Assembly: GCA_051294375.1 (NCBI GenBank)
Contig: CM119268.1
Span: forward strand, 9,126,718 to 9,190,717
Reading direction: 5' to 3'
DNA length: 64,000 nt
Source of the DNA: Paraspadella gotoi
Taxonomy: Eukaryota; Animalia; Chaetognatha
Shown: in pieces, positions 28,958-39,053 of the stretch
Numbering within the stretch: position 1 is the stretch's first letter
Layout: every line of letters starts with the position of its first letter
The notes under the pieces: model-generated
What the model saw: the letters and a program-made list of their open reading frames with translations, nothing else
Told to the model about the DNA's origin: nothing
Database searches by the model: none
Position numbers and translations under genes: made by a program

Positions 28958-29936
28958 TCACTTTTTCAGTCTTTCCTTCTTTTTCCTCCCTATTCATGGC
29001 GGCACGCTTTGGCTCCCGCGACGACAACTATTAGCGCTAAAACACGAGGACCACTTCCCACCGTTCTCGACGCCGACAAGACCTCGCCGAAAACGCAGTC
29101 TTGAGAAGATGCCGTTATCGGATGATTCCTGCATGAATGATGCTTCCCTAGCAACCCGGCGAGTCATTCGTCAACCGCCTTCACAGCTCGCTAGGCAGCC
29201 ACCTGTGAGACAATCGGTAGACCGTGGAAGATCACGCCCACAATGGCGACGCTGATTGAAAGGCCCGTTGGCGCTTGAGACCAAGCGGGCGGGCCCGCCG
29301 GCGAGACAAAGACAAACGCCGGCGAGGCACGCTGCCGCAGATGAGCCGCAATGACGAGAAAGTTGGACCAAATGTTCGTCTTTCGTGGGCGCCGAAAAAA
29401 AAATGGATTAGATGAGAGAGAGAATTCCGTTAATAGCAGCAAAGCAGTAGCCACGGACGGGTACGTCGATGCATGCTGGAATAGGAATGCCGCGTCAGTA
29501 CCAGCATCAGTCGAAATCAGCGCAGCCAAAATTCCGGCCACGTCGACGACGCTGACGCAGCGCCGCTGCAGGCCCGCAGCCAGGCAGCCGCGCGAGAAAA
29601 GGGATTTCCAGAGCAAACGATGTACGCGTAGGTGCCGAGAGGCATGATCGCCGATGCGCGCTCGCCCATAGAGGAAAGTTTGGCAATTCAATAAGGGACC
29701 GAAGAAGAGGTAGGTGGCCCAACGTCGCGGGAGGTCACGTCCAGTTGCGCCACGCGACGAGGAAGAGGGAAAGACGTACTAAGAGTCTCGCCGCAGATAG
29801 AGGAAAGAGGAAGCGACACGGGATGTGAGAGCGGTGCGGAGGAGCGAAACATGTTCGTGCCAGCTTTGGCCGCCAACAACACGAAGAGCACATTAAGGAG
29901 AATTTCCAGAGCGAGGCTCGAAATTTCACCGGACAT
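28958..29936 (-). pseudogene. Second frameshifted copy of the DMT/EamA gene, matching 22186-23164 (probable artefact)
   Basis: Carries the same indels as 22186-23164 at offset 6772, as expected if one noisy read was incorporated twice. Confidence 0.6.
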
Positions 29937-30108
29937 GATTAAATCAAATTTACATGTTTTGATTTCGATCGTTGATCAGATATCTAATTTGATTTTTTGA
30001 TTTTTTTTTACCGTGAACGAACAATGAGTTTTGAATTTGGTCACAACACGAACAAAAAAATTATCGCGATCTTCTCTCTTNNNNNNNNNNNNNNNNNNNN
30101 NNNNNAAA

Positions 30109-32314
30109 GATCACGTGACCTTGGACGACCTCCATCTCCTCCGTCGTCTCTTTCAGACTACGACGCGTCGACTTGACTCACTCCCGTTTTGTCACTCTCA
30201 CTCAGTTTTGTCACTCTGTACGGACTCGGTCTTGTCACTCACATAATAACTCGGTCGAGTCACTCGCCATAGCGAATCGCTCAGTCTTGTCATCGTTCGC
30301 AGGGATTCAATCAGTCGCGGTCGCGGTCGATTAGTAAATAGTCAATAGCATTAAGTCTTGTCATTATTCNNNNNNNNNNNNNNNNNNNNNNNNNNNNNNN
30401 NNNNNNNNNNNNNNNNNNNNNNNNNNNNNNNNNNNNNNNNNNNNNNNNNNNNNNNNNNNNNNNNNNNNNNNNNNNNNNNNNNNTTCATAATATTATGCAA
30501 AATTAAGTAATATTGAACGATTTTATGATTTAAGATATAAAATAATTGATATTGAATCAAAATTTTTGAATTCCTATTACTAATTAAGAAATAATTCTAT
30601 CAAAAAACCGAAAATCTGAAGCAAACATGAAAAATTGCGCTGCCCCCTAAATAAAGATAACAATAAATTATGCTTAATATAACAATGAAAGACAGAAAAC
30701 TTTATTTGTATAAAAATCAAATGATGTCATAAGAGAAACAAAGTAATATTGGGTAGGGTCGCACGAGACCGTGAATAAATAAACTTCACTGAAAATAGAC
30801 AAAAATACCTCGTGTTTACTTCTCTCTCTTTGAAATGAGATAACAAGTGGTAGATTGGCTTCAAGTAATTAAGTGGCCATCTCCATTATGACTCCATGAC
30901 ATTGTATTTTTTATATATATGAAAAAATATTAAATAAAACCGATATCTTTAATTTAATATATTCTTGATTTTTTTGCATTTTTTGACTTTCGGTCATATT
31001 ATAAACTGGCTAGGACGGGAAAACTGGGCGATCGAATTTTAGTTTTTTATATCCTAGGTAATAAGTTTATATGTAAGTCAAAAAATCAAGAGGGCTCGAA
31101 GTCAGATTTTTCAAGTTTTGTATTTATACTCCGCGCTAGTACGTATTGTACCAAGTAATACATAGTTAGAGATATCGAGAGCAGATTAAATTTATAAATT
31201 AATACAAAAAAACTAACATTTACGTATATGCAAGTCTCTAAACCGTGATAATTAGATTGGCATTTACCACCTGTTTTTTCCCCCTTTGAGCCTTTCTTTC
31301 ATTACATTTCCGCCAACTTCACTTATTTATCATTGTAATTTTCATTGGTCGTTTCACAATGTTCCTCTCACTTTTTCAACCAGTCTGCCAATATACCATA
31401 TATATCTCTTCTCCTACTCTTTAATCTTGAGTATCTGACATTTACCGCACATGACCATTGACCAATTGACAAATAACCAATGACCATTGACCAAAGACCA
31501 TTGCTCATTCCATCCTGATTTAGCAACATTTCACCCGATATTTTCCTTCCTCATTTCCCCACGATCTAATTTAGATATTTTTTAGTCTAAATGGTCTTCT
31601 TCATCCGATCGTCCACTCCTAATTCTCTTTCTTTCTTTCTCTCTCCAAACGAAGCGAAAGGCGAAAATTCTCTTCGAAATTAAGTTATCAGGTGGAACTC
31701 CGAGGTTCGTGCGAGCGCGAGGACCCGGGGAGAGTTCCGATTGGTTGGTCAAGGGGCGAGAGTGTAGAGAGTTAGCAGTTGGTCGAGGTTGACTCGCGTG
31801 CGCTGCTTCGTGGCTCTGAGCTCCTGGATGAATTTTTAGTTAAGAAAGAAATTTGATTTTTTATAACGATTTTATTTTAATACAATGTTTCGACTCATAT
31901 TTTCGAGTCTTCATCAGCGCAGTTAAACAGTTAAATTGCGCGTTTTGTTTCTTTTTTTTTTCTTTTTTTTTTTTCTCCTCCCCTCACTTACCACTATCTC
32001 TCACCGCTCCGCCGCTCCCCTTACCTTTTCTCTCGCTCCATAGGTTTCATTCGCTCGTCTCGTTTCTCTACTTTTTACAGATTGTCTGATTAATTCCCGA
32101 GTAAAAAAGTTTGGCAGATTTAATTTTGAAATAATTAATTATGAGAAATTAAAAAGTTGTATTATCTTAGTTTAAAAGAAATATTTTTTCTTTAAATACA
32201 CAACCAAAATTCTACTTAATGAGATGGAACAGTGTCCAGTGTCCACCTTATCTCCTCAATATTCAACATTTTGAATTTGTGATCTTACACGCTCTTCTTC
32301 TTCAAAACCTTTAT

Positions 32315-32356
<42 letters not shown>

Positions 32357-32675
32357 ACTGCGCGCGGAATAAAGATCGTATCGGGTTTCGTTGTAAAACA
32401 AGGAACGGCGAGGCCGAGGCCCTGATCGAGCGTTCTCGAGCAGAGGCGTGGCCGAAGTAAAAAAGGGACGCCGGTCAAAACAAAAAAATTCAAGAATAGA
32501 GAGTTTAGGGAGATGTTGTACGTGGTTTTAAGTTTGTTTTGCGAGCGATTCTTCCGAGCAGCCTTGACTGGGGGAGACTTAAGATTTACTCCACCACTCT
32601 CTCTGCGTAAAGAGAGGGATTTGGAGGAGATCGAGTTTGCAACATGCCCACTGCCCAGGGGGCGTCGAGTTTGTG
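30109..32675 (+). CDS. Candidate 3' exons of a plus-strand gene of unknown function
   Basis: A consensus of the noisy copies gives phase-compatible GC-rich islands: ~30109-30184 (DHVTLDDLHLLRRLFQTTTRRLDSLP), ~31692-31788 (WNSEVRRERED..F..W.KGESVEKLAVGR), ~32403-32456 (NGEAEALIELLEQRRGE), ~32546-32675 (RFFRAAFDWEDLRFTPPSLCVKRGIEEIEFANMPTAQGR). Needs indel correction and weak splice sites. Confidence 0.35.
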
Positions 32676-32984
32676 ACTCTTCTTCTCCTTTAGGGAATTA
32701 AAAAAAATAATTTAAGAAATATCCTTTTTTTATCTTTATTGATCTACAGGGGTGGGGCCATATATCGAGACAAAACTTAGCGTCCTGCCCTGTCTAAACG
32801 ATTTGAGATACAATAATAAAATGAGTGGCAAACGTTTTTTGTGTCTTTTTACTTCCATATAAAAATTCAATTGCCTCATTGAAAACGATTAGATAATTTG
32901 AACAATTTGAAGCATAAAAAAAAAAACTAATTAATGCAACACTTGACAAAAAAAGTCATATAATATATGTACTGCAATCGAAAT

Positions 32985-33225
32985 ACAGTAGCATCCGTCT
33001 AGAATTTCTGAGACGGCAAGCTCTGTAACTCGAGTACAAATGATAATTTTAAAGAGAGCTTTTGTCTTGATATAGAGTACACATGTGGCTACTCCCCCTT
33101 CGGTAAGCCATTGCTCTACGACCAATTTTGGGAATCACAACTTATTGTAAAAAGAAGCTTCAGCCAGATTTGAACCTGAAACCTTTTCATAACGTTGAAA
33201 TCCGGCGCGCTAAGCACTCGGCCAA
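32985..33225 (-). mobile_element. tRNA-derived SINE, inverted partner of 34480-34727
   Basis: Minus-strand head has A-box-like TGGCCGAGTGC and B-box-like GGTTCAAATCT. The ~135-bp body is the reverse complement of 34587-34725. Also present in the duplicated copies (~20360-20605, ~27130-27375). Confidence 0.6.
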
Positions 33226-33754
33226 ATAATTTTCAAAAAAAATTAGTACAAATTAAATTATATAAAGCTGTAGGTTCGCTTTTAATTTTTGGGGGAAACA
33301 AATATTCAACGTTTGAAGGCAGAGATTTTGACATCCGAGTCCCAAGTTTCCCGATTAGTGACGAAAGAAGAAAGCGAATATCTGGCTTATTTTTAATGTT
33401 TGAAATTGAGGAAAAGTCAAAGCTGCGACGTTGAACATTTTCACGTTGCTTTTAAGGTGTTTTATTAAGTGTTTTTAACGAGTTGCTTATTGTGAAACAA
33501 CTGAAACTGTTTTTATACATGGTCGCCTATTGTATCAATAATAATAAATAGGCTAATTATTGAGAGAATGAAAGAATGAAATCGTTTCGAAAAAAGAATA
33601 ATTTAAGTTTTTGATTTGCATAAAAACAAGTTTGAGCAAACAATGTCGGATCTGCCTACAATAATTAAGCAGTAATAAACTAATACGATGATAATTCTTG
33701 GTAATGTTTTCTGACTTTCAATTTTTGATCTTAACAGATCATAACACATTGTAA

Positions 33755-34425
33755 CAAAAACAAGTTTGAGCAAACAATGTCGGATCTGCCCACAATCATT
33801 AACGGTAATTAATTAATTAATAATTAATTTAAGTTAATTAATTAATTAATTAAGCAAATAATTATTTTGATCCGAAAGTTTGTTTTGATTGATTAATTGA
33901 CTGATTAATTAACTGATTAATTATTTGATTAATTAATACATCTTGCATTTACATTTAATATAAAAAGGAAAAAAAAGCATAATCAATTAGTGAAACACGT
34001 TTTTTTTGTTTTTTCCATTTAAACTCATTTCCACTCAAACGATTCCATCGAAACTTGATTTCCAGCTTAATCACACACTTTTCTACCCATATACAAAATT
34101 TCAAGTCAATTGCCCCATCCACTCATGAGTAATTGGTGTTCAAATTGTAAAATTTTTTTTTCCATTTAAACTAATTTCCACTTCGACGATTCCATCGAAA
34201 CTTCATATCCAGCTCAATCACACACTTTCCTACCCACACACAAAATTTCATTCCAATCCATCCATCCAATCACGAGTAATTGGTATTTTTTGCTTAGGTG
34301 GGATGGACGTACGGACAGACGGACATCTTTTTTTTTTGCATAATTTATTATAATTCGATGTTCTGACATGATATAAGTGAATTTCCGACAAGATTGAGGG
34401 ACTGAAAGCAGATCCGACTAAAAAA
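33755..34425 (-). mobile_element. Second DINE-1/HINE-like element family
   Basis: Subterminal inverted repeats GTCGGATCTGC (~33779) and GCAGATCCGAC (~34407), an internal GGAC/GTCC microsatellite (34300-34325), an internal ~135-bp direct duplication, and TTTTTAGT...CTTGTT ends. The 3' end is duplicated at ~33625-33660. Confidence 0.55.
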
Positions 34426-34479
34426 AATAATAAAAACCAAAATTTATATTGAGGTTTTTGAAAGTTTTTTTTTAAATAA

Positions 34480-34727
34480 CGAGATGGCCGAGTGGATAAA
34501 AACTAAGATTTCGACGCAGAATGGAATGGTAGGATTCGAATCCCACTCAAGGTAAAATTTTACAATAAACTGCTATGTCCCGAAAGTGGTCGTAGAGCAA
34601 TGGCTTACTGAAGGGGGAGTAGCCATATGAGTACTCGATAACAAGACAAAAACTCTCTTTCAAATTATCATTTGTACTCGAGTTACAGAGCTTGCCGTCT
34701 CAGAAATTTTAGACCGATGCTACTGTA
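34480..34727 (+). mobile_element. tRNA(Leu/Ser)-like-headed SINE
   Basis: GAGATGGCCGAGTGG (A box) ... GGATTCGAATCCCACTC (B-box-like), followed by the body shared with 32985-33125. No intact cloverleaf. Confidence 0.6.
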
Positions 34728-34758
34728 TATAAAAACTGTTAATGTAGTAGTTTTCATT

Positions 34759-35709
34759 TCACTTTTCAGTCTTTCCTTCTTTTTCCTCCCTATTCATGGC
34801 GCACGCTTTGGCTCCCGCGACGACAACTATAGCGCTAAACACGAGGACCACTCCCACCGTCTCCGACGCCGACAAGACCTCGCCGAAAAGCGCAGTCGAG
34901 AAGATCGCCGTTATCGGGATGATTCCTGCATGAATGATGTTCCCTAGCAACCCGGCGAGTCCTTCGTCGAACGCCTCAAGCTCGTAGCAGCCGACCTGTT
35001 GAGACAATCGGTAGACCGTGGAAGACACGCCCACAATGGCGACGCTGATTGAAGGCCCCGTTGGCGCTGAGACAAGCGCGGCGGGCCCGCCGGCGAGACA
35101 AAGACAAACGCCGGCGAGGACGCTGCCGCAGATGAGCCGCAAGACGAGAAAGTTGGACCAATGTTCGTCTTTCGTGGCGCCGAAAAAAAATGGATAGATG
35201 AGAGAGAGAATTCCGTTAATAGCAGCAAAGCAGTAGCCACGGACGGGTACGTCGATGGCATGCTGGAATAGGAATGCCGCGTCAGTTACCAGCATCAGTC
35301 CGATCAGCGCAGCCAAAATTCCGGCCACGTCGACGACGCTGACGCAGCGCCGCTGCAGGCCCGCAGCCAGCAGCGGCGAGAAAAGGATTCCAGAGCAAAC
35401 GATGGACGCGTAGGTGCCGAGAGGCATGATCGCCGATGCGGCTCGCCATAGGAGAAAGTTGGCATTCATAAGGGAACCGAAGAAGAGGTAGGTGGCCCAA
35501 CGTCGCGGGGAGGTCACCGTCCAGTTGCGCCACGCGACGAGGAAGAGGGGAAGCGTACTAAGAGTCTCGCCGAGATAGAGGAAGAGGAATGCGACCGGAG
35601 TGGAGAGCGGTGCGGAGGAGCGAAACATGTTCGTGCAGTTGGCCGCCAACAACACGAAGAGCACATTGAAGAGAATTCCAAGAGCGAGGCTCGAAATTTC
35701 ACCGGACAT
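34759..35709 (-). CDS. EamA/DMT-superfamily (SLC35-like) membrane transporter, paralog 1, single coding exon, 316 aa
   Basis: Uninterrupted ATG-to-TGA ORF with about 10 hydrophobic segments. DMT-type patterns: MPLG..A.I....LFSPLLA...L; GILAALIGLMLV; C-terminal LFGEVLS..E.VGV.LVF.AIVVV. May retain small compensating sequencing errors. Confidence 0.85.
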   Translation of the reverse strand: MSGEISSLALGILFNVLFVLLAANCTNMFRSSAPLSTPVAFLFLYLGETLSTLPLFLVAWRNWTVTSPRRWATYLFFGSLMNANFLLWRAASAIMPLGTYASIVCSGILFSPLLAAGLQRRCVSVVDVAGILAALIGLMLVTDAAFLFQHAIDVPVRGYCFAAINGILSLIYPFFFGATKDEHWSNFLVLRLICGSVLAGVCLCLAGGPAALVSAPTGPSISVAIVGVSSTVYRLSQQVGCYELEAFDEGLAGLLGNIIHAGIIPITAIFSTALFGEVLSASETVGVVLVFSAIVVVAGAKACAMNREEKEGKTEK

Positions 35710-36404
35710 GATTAAATCAAATTTACATGTTTTGATTTCGATCGTTGATCAGATTAATTTGATTTTTGATTTTTTTTTAGTGAACGAAAACAAAGTTTGA
35801 TATTTGGGTTACAACAACGACAAAAAAAAATTATTTCGCGGACATGTTTCGACTAAGTGGTTTGCCTTTGCAAGCGCAAGTGAGATTGTGTAAAGAAAAA
35901 AAAATTGTTTTTAAATTCAAATTCGATTCAATATTTAGTTTTTATGGAATGACTGAGGAATGAATAAGCACGAGATCAGATCAGAATTTTTTGCGACCTT
36001 CGAAGTTTTTACATCAATCTCACCCGATAAAAAAGAAAAACAGGTTTTCGGTTGTTTTTTTTTATGTTCTAATAGAGCGTTTCCTTTATCGTATGAATAT
36101 AGTTTTAGTCAATATTTATTAAGAAAATCTCGTGAAAAGACCCACTTTTAAAGTGCTTTATTTCCTAATTCTAGTTTGATTATATGTATTATCTTAAATA
36201 TTAACCTTTTAAAAGATTTAGAATAAAAATATTTATAATTTTAAGCATATATATAAATAAATTCATTCAAATAGTTTTACAAAAAATTATAATAATTTGT
36301 ATAAATATATTTAAAAATAAATATGAAATTAATACAACCAATATAGAAATTGTCCATTCATTTAATAAGTAAGCTATTGAAGAGACAGTAATTATTGTTA
36401 TGCG

Positions 36405-36545
36405 TTAGTGACAGAAGCGTTCAATATAAGCAGTCCCTGAGCTTCGGATCAGGCGGGTTAAGCGCCCCGTCCCTCTTAACTGCCAGACGACCACCGGGCT
36501 AGAACCCCGGACCTTTGGGTTGGGAGGCGAATGGCACCAATGGCC
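36405..36545 (-). mobile_element. tRNA-Gly-like-headed SINE, copy 1
   Basis: Minus strand reads TCGCCTCCCAACCCAAAGGTCCGGGGTTCTAGCCC (tRNA-Gly(CCC)-like anticodon arm plus B box). Body is homologous to 36748-36970. Confidence 0.55.
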
Positions 36546-36747
36546 GCGGATGAACGGTTGGTGGATTTTAGTCCACCATACTATCTTGCCCCTTACTTTT
36601 GACAATATATGTGCAATACTTTGGTAAATATCAATTTAAATTTTATGCATTACCGAGCAACAGTGAGCTATATTTATATAAAATAAAGTAAGTCGGTAAT
36701 AGGAAAATTTTAAAATAGTGAAGAGACAGAAATAATTATGATGAGTG

Positions 36748-36970
36748 AGTGACAGAATACTGAGAACAGTTCGATATAAAGAGTCCCTGAGCTTCGGTGG
36801 GTTAAGGGGGAATAAGGGGGAATAAGGGGGAATAAGGGGGAATAAGGGGGAATAAGGGGGAATAAGGGGGAATAAGGTCCCCGTTCCTCTTAAATGCAAG
36901 GCAGCCAGAGGGATAAAACCCCCGACTTTTGGATTGGGAGGCGAATGACTTGCCTCAAGCACCAATGGCT
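36748..36970 (-). mobile_element. tRNA-Gly-like-headed SINE, copy 2, with internal (AATAAGGGGG)n expansion
   Basis: Shares TGACAGAA..GTTC.ATATAA..AGTCCCTGAGCTTCGG and TTGGGAGGCGAATG..GCACCAATGGC with copy 1. About 7 copies of a 10-mer at 36803-36877. Confidence 0.55.
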
Positions 36971-38126
36971 GATGATTAAGAGTTGATGGATGTTAATTGT
37001 TTAATAACAAAGTACTTTCGATTTTTGGAGAGATGTAATGATCAAAATCATTCAAAAATTAGGTAGCATAACAATGCTAAATAATAGATAATAATAGCAA
37101 AGCTTAACAAGCTAAAATACAAAGGTTGTTCTCAATGTTGTTATTGTTGTTGAAGCCGTATTGTACCAATTTCATATCTTGATATCCCAATTGTTATAAT
37201 TATTATATTGTTATTAAATAAAAATTTTCGAAATTCGGAATATGCTAGCATTTCAACTCCGCCCGAGTGTGTTCACGTTTTCGAGAAAAGATTTAAAACT
37301 TGGGACCGGTTTAAAGGAGACGTCTCAAACTTATGCTAGCATGATTAATTCTGATTGATTATAAACCTTTAAACTTAAAAAAAGATAATTTTAGGTATAT
37401 CTCAGTGTTCTTTAAGATATTTTTTTTTTCTGTAAAAAGTGTCATGTAAATAAACCTGGAATATAATGGAACCTTTCCATAGATGAACTAACCATCAAAA
37501 TAAAGTAAATTTATTAGTCGTTGCTATTCATTATCTTATTTTTTAAAATTTTTAAAGCTAAACGTATACGTAGAATAGGCATCCGTATCGAGGAAGTTAC
37601 TGCACAGGAAAACAGTAAAACAGTAAAATCACACTTTCTTTCAGTTTGAAACACAAATCTTACGTCACTAAAATCGAACTAAAATTACAAAATGTAACGG
37701 ATTTTTGAGCTCTTTCTGGACTCAATTCAAAAATTAATTTCATGTAGTAATCTTTTTAATCTTTAAATAGAAATTGGTATCAAATAGTATCAAAGTAAAA
37801 TAATGTTTCAAGAACCGATTTCATTCAATGCAATCATAACCCCAAAAAACTGAGAGAGGAAAAGATTTTCTCCGGATAGAGTTGAGTAAAATTTTAGAAC
37901 ATTCGATTAATTTTGTGAAGCATTATTTTTATTACTAATTACGATTGTTTATAATTGCTTTATTGAAAACGATTGGGCGATTGAAACACTAAAAATGAAA
38001 AAAAAAAACGTTTAAAAGAAATACAAATAAAAACTACCAAGCAATATATTATATAATTATTAATAATATATATATAATATATATAATATATATAATAATA
38101 ATATTATAAACGCCGACTTTTTGTAT

Positions 38127-39053
38127 TCACTCTTTCCCCTCTTCCACGACGCACGCTTTGGCTCCCGCGACGACGACGATGGCGCCGAACACGACAGCCA
38201 CGCCCACCGTCTCCGTCGTCGATAGCCTTTCGCCGAAAAACGCCGCCGAGAGAAGCGTCGTTGTCGGGATGAGTCCGGAAAAGATCACGTTGCCCAACAA
38301 CCCGGCGAGTCCCGCGTCGAAGGTCTCCAGTTCATAGCAGCCGACCTGTTGAGCCAATCGATAAACTGTGGAAGTCACGCCCACGAGGGCGACGCCGATC
38401 GTCGGCATTGACGGCGCTGAGAGAAGCGCGCCGGGCCCGCCGGCGAGACAGAGACAGACGCCGGCGACGAGGCTCCCGCAGATGAGACGCAACACGAGAA
38501 AGTTTGACCAATGTTCGTCTTTTGTGGCGCCGAAGAAAAAGGGAATGATGAGAGTTAAGATTGCGTTCAATGCAGCGCAGAAGTAAGCGAGGACGGGTAC
38601 GCCCCGCTGGAAGAGGAACGACGCATCAGTCACCAGCAGCAGCCCAACCAGCGCAGCCACGATCCCAGCCACATCGACGAGGCTGACACAGCGGCGACGC
38701 AGACCCGCAGCCAACAACGGCGCGAAGAGGACTCCTGACCCAACGATGGCGGCGTAAGGGCCGAGAGGCATGAGCACAGACGCCCCGCGCCACATGAGAA
38801 AGTTGGCGTTAATGACGAAGCCCAAAAAGAGGAAGGTGGCCCAACGTCGCGGCGACCTCACCGTCCAGTTTCGCCACGCGACGGGGACAAGGGGAAGCGT
38901 CCCCAGCGTCTCGCCGAAGAAGAGGAAGACAAAGGAGACCGGGGTTGAGAGCGACTCGGTGGTGCGGAAAATGTTGGTGCACATAGCGCTCAATAACATT
39001 GAAAGGACATTGAAGAGAATTCCGAAAGCGAGGTTCGAAATTAAACTGGACAT
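38127..39053 (-). CDS. EamA/DMT-superfamily (SLC35-like) membrane transporter, paralog 2, single coding exon, 308 aa
   Basis: Clean ORF. The true ATG is at 39051-39053 (MSSLISNLAFG, aligning to MSGEISSLALG of paralog 1); the track's start at 39065 is a TTG. About 10 TM segments and a FFGERLS motif. It differs from paralog 1 by many substitutions with frame kept, so it is a genuine paralog. Confidence 0.9.
   Translation of the reverse strand: MSSLISNLAFGILFNVLSMLLSAMCTNIFRTTESLSTPVSFVFLFFGETLGTLPLVPVAWRNWTVRSPRRWATFLFLGFVINANFLMWRGASVLMPLGPYAAIVGSGVLFAPLLAAGLRRRCVSLVDVAGIVAALVGLLLVTDASFLFQRGVPVLAYFCAALNAILTLIIPFFFGATKDEHWSNFLVLRLICGSLVAGVCLCLAGGPGALLSAPSMPTIGVALVGVTSTVYRLAQQVGCYELETFDAGLAGLLGNVIFSGLIPTTTLLSAAFFGERLSTTETVGVAVVFGAIVVVAGAKACVVEEGKE

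Larger units (their letters stand above)
16640..35830. repeat. Triplicated ~5-6.7-kb segment joined at 25-N gaps (probable long-read gap-fill artefact)
   Basis: 16640-23308 matches 23334-30080. From ~18465 the two appear identical at offset 6772, and the ORF track repeats exactly at +6772. A third version is at 30106-30369 plus 31140-35830. The junctions are 25-N gaps at 23309-23333 and 30081-30105. Confidence 0.9.

Noticed and set aside
22186-29936. Four-gene transporter expansion with two pseudogenes
   Set aside because: The two broken copies share the same indel pattern and sit at 25-N junctions; best explained as assembly artefacts.
34480-34550. Functional tRNA genes (also at ~33165-33225, ~36495-36545, ~49908-49972)
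   Set aside because: A/B boxes are present but there is no intact cloverleaf, and each is attached to a repeated body; treated as SINE heads.
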